Shown piece after piece: positions 8,647 through 17,818 of a DNA stretch of 64,000 nt. The number at the start of each line of letters is the position of its first letter. Position 1 is the first letter of the stretch. Made by a program: the position numbers and the translations under genes. Below the pieces are notes generated by a model. The model did no database searches. It was not told where the DNA came from and worked only from the letters and a program-made list of their open reading frames with translations. Source of the stretch: Planctomycetota bacterium. GTDB lineage: Bacteria; Planctomycetota; B15-G4. Location: NCBI GenBank assembly GCA_038212275.1, contig JBBQUR010000014.1:32001-96000 (forward strand), written 5' to 3'.

Positions 8647-10428
8647 ATGACAGCCAGCACCTGGCGCCAGATGATTCGCGCCGTGCTGACGCCGCAGGTC
8701 CCCGAGGAGCGCCGTGCCGTCGCCGTCGCACGGGAGCGCCTGCCGTCGCCGCTCGCCGACGATCCGCGCCAGTTTCTCGGCCGGCACACGGCAGGCTGCG
8801 GCGCGACCTGGGGCATCCACGAAGCCTGCCAGTTCGCCTGCAGCGCCTGCTATCTGCCGGCCGAGGCCGATACCACGCCCCCGCTGCCGGCTCTCGAGGT
8901 CACCGCGCAGCTGGAGGCCTTGCGCGCGCATCTCGGCCCCTGGGGCACTGTCCAGATCACGGCTGGCGAGGTCACGCTGCTGCCGGTGGAGCGCGTGCTG
9001 GACATCCTGCACACGTGCCGGCGGCTGCAGCTCACGCCGATGCTCATGACCAACGGCGAGGTGCTGCGCAACGAGCCCGACTTCGGCCACCCCGATTGCA
9101 CGAGCGTGACGCCGTTGCTCGTGGTGCGCATCGGCACGACGCGACACATCGTGCAGGCGCAGCGGCCGGGCTCGCGGCTCGACCGCTGGTTTCTCGCGCG
9201 ACTGCTCACCGGCGGACTCGCCGGCTACAACCCGATCGGCGAAGCGCGCCGTGTCGCCTGCGCGCGGCTGATCGGGCGCCTCGCAAGGAACCCCAGGCTG
9301 CTGCTCGACATTCCGCTCTTCGCCGCTTGCCGGCTGTGGAGCGAGCGCAGGATCGTCCTGCGGCTCGTCGGCGGGTTGTTCACGCGCACCGTGGTCTCGA
9401 TGCGCCCGCTGACGATCGTCGTGCACAACTTCATGGCAGCCGACGAACTGCAGACGCCCGTCGGGCGCGAGCGCCTGCGAGCCTGCTCCTTCCGCGTGGC
9501 GCTGGATGGCGAGCTGGTCTCCATGTGCGAGTTCAACGCCACGGAGACCCGGCGCACGCAGCTGCTCGCCCTGCAGCCGACGGGCACGGCCTCCCCTCGT
9601 GCGGCCACGGCAGCCGCAAACACCGCGGTGCGCGCGCTGCTCCTGCTGTGCGCCGCCCTCGTCACGGGCTGCTTCTCCACGTTGCACGCTCCACCGCCCG
9701 CCACGGCCGCTGTCCGGACAATCCTTGCCTCGCCCGCGACCTCCGTACGGCAGGCGCCGGGCTTCGACGACAGCGACTGGCGCGACGTGCTCATGCGCTT
9801 CGTCGACGAGCGCGGCCGCGTCGATGACGCCGCACTGGCGGGCCAGCGCTCGGCGCTCGACCGCTTCGTCGCGCGGCTCGCCCTCAGCGGCCCCGAGACG
9901 ACCCCGGAGTCCTTCCCCACAAAGCAGGACCGCGTCGCCTACTACCTCAATGCCTGCAACGCCCTGGTCATCTTCAGCGACCTGGAGCACCCCGGGCTCG
10001 AGTCGGACAACGACAGCAAGATCGACTTCTTCTACCTGACCTGCTTCCAGCTCGACGGCGCCGAAGTGAACCTCTACGAACTCGAGAACGACATCGTGCG
10101 CCCCCGCTTCCGGAGGCCGGAGGTGCACATCGCGCTCAACTGCGTCAGCATCAGCTGCCCGGAGCTGCCCCGCGAACCCTTCACCGGGGCCCTGCTGGAC
10201 GCGCAGCCCGCCGCCCGCGCCACGCGCTTCCTGCACGCCCGCAGCAACGTCACGACGGAAGACGGCGCGCTGGTGCTCTCGGAGATCTTCGACTGGTTCG
10301 CGGAGGACTTCGTGCCCGATGCGCCGACCTGGATCGCCGCGCAGGCGCCGGACCTCCGCCTGTCGCCCGGCCTCCCCGTGACATTCCGCCCCTGGAACTG
10401 GGGGCTCAATGCATCCACGAGCCACTGA
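8647..10428 (+). CDS. radical SAM domain (apparently internally deleted) fused in frame to a DUF547 lipoprotein; possibly decaying
   Basis: CQFACSAC (CxxxCxxC), GEVTL, LMTNG; internal lipoprotein signal VRALLLLCAALVTGC from GTG 9628; DUF547 motifs YYLNACNA, HIALNCVSISCP, LSEIFDWFAEDF. Confidence 0.7.
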   Translation: MTASTWRQMIRAVLTPQVPEERRAVAVARERLPSPLADDPRQFLGRHTAGCGATWGIHEACQFACSACYLPAEADTTPPLPALEVTAQLEALRAHLGPWGTVQITAGEVTLLPVERVLDILHTCRRLQLTPMLMTNGEVLRNEPDFGHPDCTSVTPLLVVRIGTTRHIVQAQRPGSRLDRWFLARLLTGGLAGYNPIGEARRVACARLIGRLARNPRLLLDIPLFAACRLWSERRIVLRLVGGLFTRTVVSMRPLTIVVHNFMAADELQTPVGRERLRACSFRVALDGELVSMCEFNATETRRTQLLALQPTGTASPRAATAAANTAVRALLLLCAALVTGCFSTLHAPPPATAAVRTILASPATSVRQAPGFDDSDWRDVLMRFVDERGRVDDAALAGQRSALDRFVARLALSGPETTPESFPTKQDRVAYYLNACNALVIFSDLEHPGLESDNDSKIDFFYLTCFQLDGAEVNLYELENDIVRPRFRRPEVHIALNCVSISCPELPREPFTGALLDAQPAARATRFLHARSNVTTEDGALVLSEIFDWFAEDFVPDAPTWIAAQAPDLRLSPGLPVTFRPWNWGLNASTSH

Positions 10429-10499
10429 GCGCATCTCGCCGCCGGGCGCATGATCGGCCGTGCCCTCCCGCGCCACGCAGCGCGTGCTAGTCTCGCCGC

Positions 10500-10886
10500 A
10501 TGGTGGATGGACACTGGAAGCGGCTCGCGACGTCCTCGGCGCTGCTCGCCGTCGTCGTGCTCGTTGCGGGCGGCCTGCTCGCGCTCATCGGCAGCACGGT
10601 GTTTCCGCAAGCCGGCATGTTCGTGTGGGCGGCCGTCGTGCTGCTGGTCTTCGTGCTCTTCCAGCTCGCCATGTTCCGCGTGCTGGGGCTGCGTTCACAC
10701 GCCGACGAGTTGCCGGCCGACACGCGGCCGGCGCCGCGCCAGGCCGCTTCCGTCGCGCAGACCGACGAGCACGCGCACGAGCACGTGCCGCCCGGTGCTG
10801 CAGACGCCGAGGATGCCGACGACGCCGAAGCTGCCGAGGGAGCCGAAGGAGCCGATGCCCGCGACTGGCGCGCGTGGCGCGGCTGA
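10500..10886 (+). CDS. hypothetical membrane protein (2 TM segments, acidic tail)
   Basis: Two hydrophobic segments followed by an Asp/Glu/Ala-rich tail; coding-like codon usage. Confidence 0.6.
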   Translation: MVDGHWKRLATSSALLAVVVLVAGGLLALIGSTVFPQAGMFVWAAVVLLVFVLFQLAMFRVLGLRSHADELPADTRPAPRQAASVAQTDEHAHEHVPPGAADAEDADDAEAAEGAEGADARDWRAWRG

Positions 10887-10956
10887 GCGCCCGCGCGTGC
10901 CACCCGCTGCCGCCAGCGCTCGCGGCAGCGGACCTGCCGGTGCCACGGGGCAAGTG

Positions 10957-11045
10957 TGGTGCCAGAGGGGGGACTTGAACCCCCACGCCTCGTGAGAGGC
11001 TGCGGATTTTGAATCCGCCGCGTATGCCGATTCCGCCACTCTGGC
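10957..11045 (-). tRNA. tRNA-Leu(CAA)
   Basis: GCCAGAG/CTCTGGC acceptor, ACCA end, anticodon arm GCGGA-TTCAAAA-TCCGC, long variable arm. Confidence 0.95.
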
Positions 11046-11055
11046 TCGCGGCGGG

Positions 11056-11064
11056 ATGATAGCA
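11056..11064 (-). promoter_or_regulatory. candidate extended -10 promoter for tRNA-Leu(CAA)
   Basis: TGcTATCAT about 10 nt upstream of the tRNA 5' end. Confidence 0.4.
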
Positions 11065-11090
11065 AGGGTCACGGCCGCGGCGCAGCGCAG

Positions 11091-11146
11091 CGCCGGGCAG
11101 CGTCGGGCCGCGCCGGGCCGCGCCGGGCAGCGTCGGGCCGCGCCGG
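11091..11146. repeat. 10-bp tandem repeat (CGYCGGGCMG, about 5.5 copies)
   Basis: CGCCGGGCAG CGTCGGGCCG CGCCGGGCCG CGCCGGGCAG CGTCGGGCCG CGCCGG. Confidence 0.75.
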
Positions 11147-11154
11147 CGACCGAC

Positions 11155-11838
11155 TCAGGCCAGCAGGCCCTCGAGTCCGACGTGCAGGCCGCTCAGTGCG
11201 CGCACGCGCCGCACGGCCAGCAGCACGCCGGGCATGTAGGCACTCCGGTCGGTGACCTTGTGCACGAGTTCGAGGCTCTCGCCGGCCTGCTCGAAGCGCA
11301 CCGTCTGTTCGGCCAGGGCATCGTCCCGGCGCTCGCTCGTGATCGGCACCTGCATCTCCGACGACGCCCCGCCGGCTGCGGCCAGCGCGGCAGCCGTGGC
11401 GCGCGCGGTGCCCGAAGGCGCGTCGCGCTTGCCGACGTGGTGCACCTCGTGGATGCCGACGCAGGGCATGTGCCGGGCGACCTCCGCCGAGAGGCGCATC
11501 TGCAGCACCGCGCCGACCGAGAAGTTGGGCACGAGCAGCCCGCCCACGTGGCCTCGATCGCAGGCCGCGCGCAACGCTCCGACGTCCTCCGCGGACAGCC
11601 CGCTCGTCCCGATGACCGGGCTGATGCCGCGCTCCGCGGCCAGCGGACCCAGTTCACGACTCGCCGGAGCGAGCGTGAAGTCCAGCAGGACATCCGGCCG
11701 CACCAGCTCGAACACCGCGGGAGCATCCGAGCCGCGCACGAGCGTGCCGCAGACCTCGATGCCCTCGGCCGATTGGAGCGTCGCGAGCGCGAGCCGCCCC
11801 ATGCGCCCGGCAACGCCTGCCACCACGACGCGGATCAC
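11155..11838 (-). CDS. dapB: 4-hydroxy-tetrahydrodipicolinate reductase
   Basis: VVVAGVAGRMG, LLDFT, VIGTSG, PNFSVG, EVHH..KRDAPSGTA; GTG start overlaps ddl stop (GTGA). Confidence 0.92.
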   Translation of the reverse strand: MIRVVVAGVAGRMGRLALATLQSAEGIEVCGTLVRGSDAPAVFELVRPDVLLDFTLAPASRELGPLAAERGISPVIGTSGLSAEDVGALRAACDRGHVGGLLVPNFSVGAVLQMRLSAEVARHMPCVGIHEVHHVGKRDAPSGTARATAAALAAAGGASSEMQVPITSERRDDALAEQTVRFEQAGESLELVHKVTDRSAYMPGVLLAVRRVRALSGLHVGLEGLLA

Positions 11839-12914
11839 GCCGTGCCTCCCCGGAGCGCGCGCGGCGCATCGGCGGCCGGTGTGTCGGCGTCGGCAAGCAC
11901 GGCAGACAGCACGTCGAACCGGCTCAGGCCGTACACGCCGGCCGCGCGCGGCACCAGGCTGTGGGAGGTGAAACCGGGCAGGGTGTTCAACTCGAGGAAG
12001 ACCGGCACTTCGTCGGCAGATCGCACGATGAAGTCCACGCGCACGACACCACGCAGCTCGAGTCCCTCGTACAGGCCTCGCGACACGCGCTCCACGAGCA
12101 ATCGGGCTTCGTCGCTCACGGGAGCCGGGCAGGCGAACTGCGTGTCGTCGGCCTCGTACTTCGCGTGGTAGTCGTAGAAGGCATCGCCCGCCGGCCGGAT
12201 GGAGACCAGCGGCAGCGTGATCACGGCGCCGGCGCGCCGCAGCACGCCGCATGCGATCTCGGTGCCGGACTGCCATTCCTCCACCATCGCGCGACCGGTG
12301 GGATCGGCGGAGCAGGCCGCAAGCACCGCGGGGACAAGCTGCTCCTCGCTGCGCACGCGACTCACGCCAACGCTGCTCCCGCCGCACACGGGCTTCACCA
12401 CGCACGGCAGGCCGATGAGCTTCAGCAACCGGTTCACGGGCACCTTGCCCGGCGACGCGGCGGCCAGCGTGACGAGCTCGTGCCGCGCACACGGCGCGCC
12501 GAGCTTGCTCGCCGCGAGCTTGGACAGGTCCTTGTCCATGCCGATCTCGGAGGCGTGGCTGCCGCTGCCCGTGAAGCGCAGGCCGTGCTGCTCGAACAGG
12601 CGCTGCAGGCGACCGTCCTCGCCGAAGGCGCCGTGCAGCGCGAGGCAGGCCGTCTCGTGGCTGCGGCCCAGCTCGGCCAGCGCCGCCTGTAGTGGCACGC
12701 CCGGCTCGCGCGCGGCGGCTGACAGGTCCGAGCCTGCCGTGCCGAAGTGCCACACGTTGTCGCGCGAGATGAAGACGGGTCGCACGACCACGCCACCCGC
12801 CTGCAGCTGCGCCGCCATCTCGGCGCCCGTCTGCAGCGAGACCTCATGCTCCGCGGACGGTCCGCCGGCGAGCAAGGCCACCTTCATGCCGTCAGAGCCG
12901 ATCGATGTCGCCAC
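11835..12914 (-). CDS. ddl: D-alanine--D-alanine ligase
   Basis: GGPSAEHEVSL, LHGAFGEDG, MDK, VKP..GGSSVG, FYDYHAKY, ELNTLPGFT; AGGAGG RBS. Confidence 0.95.
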   Translation of the reverse strand: MATSIGSDGMKVALLAGGPSAEHEVSLQTGAEMAAQLQAGGVVVRPVFISRDNVWHFGTAGSDLSAAAREPGVPLQAALAELGRSHETACLALHGAFGEDGRLQRLFEQHGLRFTGSGSHASEIGMDKDLSKLAASKLGAPCARHELVTLAAASPGKVPVNRLLKLIGLPCVVKPVCGGSSVGVSRVRSEEQLVPAVLAACSADPTGRAMVEEWQSGTEIACGVLRRAGAVITLPLVSIRPAGDAFYDYHAKYEADDTQFACPAPVSDEARLLVERVSRGLYEGLELRGVVRVDFIVRSADEVPVFLELNTLPGFTSHSLVPRAAGVYGLSRFDVLSAVLADADTPAADAPRALRGGTA

Positions 12915-12992
12915 GCCTCGCCCTCCTGCTCGCCGTCGGCTCCGCCGCTCCTGCCGCAGCTCGCGGGACTCCGGAGACTTGTGCCGGGAACT

Positions 12993-14411
12993 TCAGGACC
13001 GGTCGAAGACCGGCCCGTAGTCGCCGCGAGTGAGATTAGCGAGGAATTCCTCCTGATCCAGCGCGAAGAGCGGGCCGACGTCCGCGGCGCCCGCCGGACC
13101 GGCGAGGCCGGCGGCCGCCATCCAGCGGCGCGCCTGATCGGCCAGCGCATCCCGGGCCGAGGCCGGACTGTCCTCGCCCTGCGCGTTCTTCACCGGCGCG
13201 AACTCGTCCTCGCGGCGCACCTCCTGCGTGACGACCCGCTCCGCGAAGCCCAGCGCGTCGAAGACGAACATCTCCAGTTTCACCGCGTTGGGGCGATCGG
13301 GCTTCATCGGCTCGCCGTGCTCGTCCAGGCACGCGACGATCTTGTCAGCGCGGTGGACGGGCAGCTCGATGCCGGCGCCCGTGATGCGGCGCACGAACGG
13401 CACGGCCAGCATGTGGATCGCGATGTTGCCCGCGCGATGACGCAGGCGGCCCGCGTCGTCCCGCGCGGCGGCAAGCTCCGGGTGCAGGTCGCTGTATTCG
13501 ATGACGCCGACGCGCCCGTCGATGCGTGCCACGACTCCGACCTTCTCGCTGGCGTCTCGCTTGGGAACGACCTTGCTGGACATCTCCGCCTGGCCCAGCG
13601 CGTGGTGTCCGATGAAGACGGGATCGAGCACGCGCGCCAGTGGATTGTCCACCTGGAAGTAGAAGATCTGCTCCACGCCCCGGCGCGACATGTCGTCCAG
13701 CGCTCCGCTGCGGAGCATCGCGAACAGGCTGCCGCCGTGACCGTCGGGGCTCATGCAGAGCTCGCCCCGTCCTGCGAGAAGCAGTTTGCCGTGCCTGTCC
13801 ACCGCGGGCAGCATGCCCTGCACGAGAAAGCGCACCTGGTCCGGTTCCAGGCCGAAGAACTGCGCCTCGTGAAAGGCCGCGACACTGCTCTCGTGATTGC
13901 TTTCGGAGGTCATCACGTAGAGCGGCGCCGCCGCTCCGTAGCGTCGCGACGTCGCCAGCACGCGCTGGGCATGGTAGGCAAAGAGGGAACGGTTGGTCAG
14001 CGGCCCCACGGGATAACGGCCCTTGGGTCCGTCGTAGCCGAGACGACTGCCCTGCCCGCCCGCAACGAGAAAGGCTGCGACAGCTCCCTTGCGCAGCAGC
14101 TCCTCGCCGGCGGCGCGCGCCGCGGCATCACGCGCGCGGTGCTCGCTGCCCTCGCCCCACTCGAGCAGATCGCACGGCTCGACGACGGCCGGCGACGCCC
14201 GTCCCGGAGCGGCGCCCTGCGCTGCGCCCGCACCGCCGAGCACCGCGTGAATGAGTCGGGGCAGGCGCTGCAGGTCGAGCGACTCGAGCTGCCCCAGGAA
14301 GCGCTGAAGTTCCGCGTCGGCGAGACGATCCGCGAAGCGCAGCACGTGACCCTGGTCGATGCGCGCAAGGGCCGCGGCCAGCCGCTCGCGCCGATCGCCG
14401 GACGCCGTCAT
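12993..14411 (-). CDS. UDPGP type-1 family nucleotidyltransferase (eukaryote-like UDP-GlcNAc/UDP-glucose pyrophosphorylase)
   Basis: LVAGGQGSRLG..GPKG, YVMTS, PDGHGG, FQVDNPL, EKVGV, IEYSDL, KLEMFVFD, EFAPVKN. Confidence 0.9.
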   Translation of the reverse strand: MTASGDRRERLAAALARIDQGHVLRFADRLADAELQRFLGQLESLDLQRLPRLIHAVLGGAGAAQGAAPGRASPAVVEPCDLLEWGEGSEHRARDAAARAAGEELLRKGAVAAFLVAGGQGSRLGYDGPKGRYPVGPLTNRSLFAYHAQRVLATSRRYGAAAPLYVMTSESNHESSVAAFHEAQFFGLEPDQVRFLVQGMLPAVDRHGKLLLAGRGELCMSPDGHGGSLFAMLRSGALDDMSRRGVEQIFYFQVDNPLARVLDPVFIGHHALGQAEMSSKVVPKRDASEKVGVVARIDGRVGVIEYSDLHPELAAARDDAGRLRHRAGNIAIHMLAVPFVRRITGAGIELPVHRADKIVACLDEHGEPMKPDRPNAVKLEMFVFDALGFAERVVTQEVRREDEFAPVKNAQGEDSPASARDALADQARRWMAAAGLAGPAGAADVGPLFALDQEEFLANLTRGDYGPVFDRS

Positions 14412-14415
14412 CGCG

Positions 14416-15666
14416 TCAGGCTTCGTGTCGCCCGAAGAGCAGGCAGACGTTGTGGCCGCCGAAGCCCAGCGAGTTGCTGATCGCGTTGCGGATCGCGAGG
14501 GTCCGACTCTCGCCCGGCACGTAGTCGAGGTCGCAACCCTCGCCCGGGTTCTCGTGATTGCGCGTCGGGTGCACGATGCCGTCCGCGATGGAGCGGCACG
14601 TGACCGCGGCCTCGATCGCGCCCGAGCCGCCGAGCAGGTGCCCGATCATGGACTTCGTGCTCGACACGGCGAGCTTGTCCGCGTGCGCACCGAAGACCTG
14701 CCTGATAGCCGAGGACTCGACGAGGTCGTTGTAGTGCGTGGACGTGCCGTGCGCGTTGACGTAGTCGACGTCCTCGGGGCGGCGACCGGCGGTCCGCAGC
14801 GCAAGCTGCATCGCGCGCCGAGGTCCGGCGCCGTCCTCCTTGGGCTGCGTGATGTGGAAGGCATCCGCCGTGCTGCCGTAACCCAGGAATTCGGCATAGA
14901 TGCGCGCGCCGCGCTTCAGGGCGTGCTCGCGCTCCTCCAGCAGCAGGATGCCGGAGCCTTCACCCATGACGAAGCCGTCGCGATCCTTGTCGAAGGGGCG
15001 GCTGGCGCGCTCGGGCGCTTCGTTGCGCGTGGAGAGCGCCTTCATCGAGTTGAACGCCGCCACGGCCAGCGGCGTCACGGACGACTCGCTTCCGCCGGAC
15101 AGGATGAGGTCCGCTTCGTCCGCCTGGATCGCTCGCAGCGCGACGCCCAGCGCGTGGCCTCCCGATGCGCACGCCGAGCTGGTCACGAAGTTCGTGCCGC
15201 ACAGCCCGTGGCGGATGGAGATGTGCCCCGCCATCGCGTTGGGCATCATCTTCGGAATGAAGTGCGGCGACGCACGACGCGGCCCGCGCTCGAGCTGGTC
15301 GAGGTGCTGGGTCTCGATCGCCTTGATGCCGCCGATGCCCGTGCCCATGATGCAGCCGAAGCGTTCGAGGTCCGTGGCGGCCAGGTCGATGCGCGCATCC
15401 TTCAGGCAGTCGGCGGCCCCGAGGATCGCAAATTGCGTGAAGAGGTCGAGCTTCTTCGCCTCGAGTGGATCGAAGTGCGCCTCGGGCTTGTAGCCCGAGA
15501 TGACCCCGCCGAAGTGCGTCTTGAACTCCGTCGTGTCGAAGGACTCGATCGGACCGATGCCGTTCGCGCCGGCGAGCATGCCGCGCCAGCTCGTCTCGAA
15601 GTCGAGACCGAGGCTCGTGACGCCACCCAGACCCGTGACGACGACCCGACGCATGGTCCTGGTCAT
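14416..15666 (-). CDS. fabF: 3-oxoacyl-ACP synthase II
   Basis: RRVVVTGLG, SACASG, NAHGTST, KSMIGHLLG, SNSLGFGGHN. Confidence 0.96.
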   Translation of the reverse strand: MTRTMRRVVVTGLGGVTSLGLDFETSWRGMLAGANGIGPIESFDTTEFKTHFGGVISGYKPEAHFDPLEAKKLDLFTQFAILGAADCLKDARIDLAATDLERFGCIMGTGIGGIKAIETQHLDQLERGPRRASPHFIPKMMPNAMAGHISIRHGLCGTNFVTSSACASGGHALGVALRAIQADEADLILSGGSESSVTPLAVAAFNSMKALSTRNEAPERASRPFDKDRDGFVMGEGSGILLLEEREHALKRGARIYAEFLGYGSTADAFHITQPKEDGAGPRRAMQLALRTAGRRPEDVDYVNAHGTSTHYNDLVESSAIRQVFGAHADKLAVSSTKSMIGHLLGGSGAIEAAVTCRSIADGIVHPTRNHENPGEGCDLDYVPGESRTLAIRNAISNSLGFGGHNVCLLFGRHEA

Positions 15667-15722
15667 GTGCGGACTGTCGAACGAGGTGTGCGCGGGCTCA
15701 TCGCGTGGGGTGCGATCGTGAC

Positions 15723-15974
15723 TCAGCCGTTGGCCGAGTGACTCGAGATGAACGTCACCGCGTCTCCCACGGTCTGGATCTTCTCGGCCTCTTCATCCGG
15801 GATGCTGATGCTGAAGTGATCCTCGAACTCCATGACGAGTTCGACGGTGTCCAGCGAATCGGCGCCCAGGTCCTGGATGAACGAGGTGGTCAGGTTGACC
15901 TTGTCGCGGCTCGCCCCCATCTGCTCGCAGACGATGGCGATGACCTTCTCCTCGATGTCCTTGGTTGCAACCAC
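15723..15974 (-). CDS. acpP: acyl carrier protein
   Basis: [25 protein letters not shown] before GTG. Confidence 0.97.
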   Translation of the reverse strand: MVATKDIEEKVIAIVCEQMGASRDKVNLTTSFIQDLGADSLDTVELVMEFEDHFSISIPDEEAEKIQTVGDAVTFISSHSANG

Positions 15975-16048
15975 GTGTCTCTCCTCAGGCAGCCTTGCGA
16001 TCCGCGGGTCGATGAACGTGGCCTCTCTGAGAGGCCGCCGCGGGGCGC

Positions 16049-16078
16049 ATAGTGTCCCGACCCGGGGCCGCCAGTCAA
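16049..16078 (-). promoter_or_regulatory. candidate internal promoter for acpP-fabF
   Basis: TTGACT-N18-CACTAT in the fabG-acpP gap. Confidence 0.4.
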
Positions 16079-16094
16079 GCCGCGCGCAGCTGTT

Positions 16095-16850
16095 TCAAAG
16101 CGACATGCCCCCGTCCACGACAAGGGTCGTGCCGGTGATGTAGCTGGCCTCGTCCGAGCAGAGGAAGAGCACGGTGCGCGCGATGTCCACCGGGTCGCCG
16201 AGGCGCCCGAGCGGGATGTGCTTCAGGCTCTCGGCCTTCAGTTCCTCGGACAGCGAGGCCGTCATGTCGGTCTGGATATAGCCCGGGGCGACGGCATTCA
16301 CACGCACGCCACGCCCGCCGAATTCCTTGGCGAGCGACCGGGTCAGGCCATGGAGCCCGGCCTTTGCGGCCGCGTAGTTGCTCTGGCCGGCGTTGCCGGT
16401 GATGCCGACGATCGAGGAGACGTTCACGATGCAGCCGCTGCGGGCCTTGGTCATCGGGCGCGCCACCGCGCGGCAGGCGAAGAGCGTGCCCTTGAGGTTC
16501 GTGTCCAGCACCGACTCGATGTCCTCGTCGGCCATGCGCATGAGCAGGTTGTCGCGCGTGATGCCGGCGTTGTTCACGAGGATGTCGAGCCGCCCCCAGC
16601 GCTTGATCACGTCGGCGACGACCTCGTTCGTGCGTGCTGCATCGCGCACGTCGGCCGCGTAGCCGACGCACTGCGCGGCGGCGTCCGAGGCCGTGGCCAT
16701 CGCCGCGGCGGCACCCCGATCGGCTCCGTCCTGAGTCGTGGCGAGCACCGCCACCCGGCAGCCGGCGCGCGCCAGCTCCTGACTGATCGCGAGGCCGATG
16801 CCGCGCGAGCCACCGGTCACGATCGCGACCTTGCCCGTGAGATCCGTCAC
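16095..16850 (-). CDS. fabG: 3-oxoacyl-ACP reductase
   Basis: TGGSRGIG, NNAGITRD, NYAAAK, VAPGYI.TDMT; GTG start overlaps fabD stop. Confidence 0.95.
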   Translation of the reverse strand: MTDLTGKVAIVTGGSRGIGLAISQELARAGCRVAVLATTQDGADRGAAAAMATASDAAAQCVGYAADVRDAARTNEVVADVIKRWGRLDILVNNAGITRDNLLMRMADEDIESVLDTNLKGTLFACRAVARPMTKARSGCIVNVSSIVGITGNAGQSNYAAAKAGLHGLTRSLAKEFGGRGVRVNAVAPGYIQTDMTASLSEELKAESLKHIPLGRLGDPVDIARTVLFLCSDEASYITGTTLVVDGGMSL

Positions 16851-17818
16851 GCATCGCCCTCCGGCCACGCCTGCAATGCCTGCAATTCAGCCACATCGGC
16901 GCACGTGGCGGTGGCCGGTGGCAGCTCGGAACGCTTGAGCATGTTCGTGAGCTGCCGGCCTGGCGCCGGTTCGAGGAAGCTCGTCGCACCCAGTGCGGTC
17001 AGCGCCGCGATCGATGACTGCCACAGCACCGGCGCCGTGACCTGGCGCTCGAGCAGCGTGCGGATCACGGACGGATCCGTCGTGGGCTCCGCAGAGGTGT
17101 TCATGACGACGGGCACGCGCGGCGCCACGATCGTGGTGCGCGCGAGCGCCTCCTTCAGCGTAGCGGCCGCGGCCTGCATGCACGGCGAGTGGAAGGCGCC
17201 GGCCACGCTGAGCGGGATGGCCTTGCGGACGCCGTGCTCGCGCGCGAGGCCGGAGGCGCGCTCCAGCGCCTCGCGCGTCCCCGCGATGGCCACCTGCCCC
17301 TTGGCCAGCAGGTTGGCCACGACGAGCACGCCGTCGCCGCGAGCCGCCTCGCAGAGCGCAGCAGCCGACTCCGGCGTCGCGCCGACGAGCGAGAGCATTC
17401 CCGAGGGCCGCTCCTCCGACGCACGCTGCATCGCCTGACCCCGCAGGGCCACCAGCGAAAGGGCGTCGGCGGGCTGCAGTGCCCCTGCCCATGTGAGGGC
17501 CGTGTATTCGCCCAGGCTCAGGCCCGCGACGGCAACGACGCGCTCTCGGCGGATGAGGCCGCGCTGCTCGAGCGCGGCCATGCACGCCAGCGAGGTGGCG
17601 AGGATGGCGGGCTGGCAGATGTCCGTGCGATCGAGGCGCGCGCTGTCGCCGCCCCCGAGGATGGCCCGCAGGTCGAAGCCGAGCGTGCGCTGGGCGAGCT
17701 CGAAGACGGCATGCGCGGCCGGCTCGGCCTGCGCCAGGTCGAGGCCCATTCCCTGGTGCTGGCTGCCCTGCCCCGGAAAGAGGAGCGCGCCACGGGCCGG
17801 CGGCAGCGCGCCACTCAC
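16847..17818 (-). CDS. fabD: malonyl-CoA:ACP transacylase
   Basis: LFPGQGSQ, QPAI, GLSLGEY, AGAFHS. Confidence 0.95.
   Translation of the reverse strand: MSGALPPARGALLFPGQGSQHQGMGLDLAQAEPAAHAVFELAQRTLGFDLRAILGGGDSARLDRTDICQPAILATSLACMAALEQRGLIRRERVVAVAGLSLGEYTALTWAGALQPADALSLVALRGQAMQRASEERPSGMLSLVGATPESAAALCEAARGDGVLVVANLLAKGQVAIAGTREALERASGLAREHGVRKAIPLSVAGAFHSPCMQAAAATLKEALARTTIVAPRVPVVMNTSAEPTTDPSVIRTLLERQVTAPVLWQSSIAALTALGATSFLEPAPGRQLTNMLKRSELPPATATCADVAELQALQAWPEGDA

Noticed and set aside
282..10956. Integrative element or prophage at tRNA-Val(CAC) or tRNA-Leu(CAA)
   Set aside because: No integrase, transposase or phage gene, and no duplicated tRNA 3' end seen by eye; accessory character is only inferred from gene content
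11835..12914. Ddl as a VanA-type D-Ala-D-Lac ligase
   Set aside because: Omega loop FYDYHAKY is the D-Ala-D-Ala type and no van genes are present
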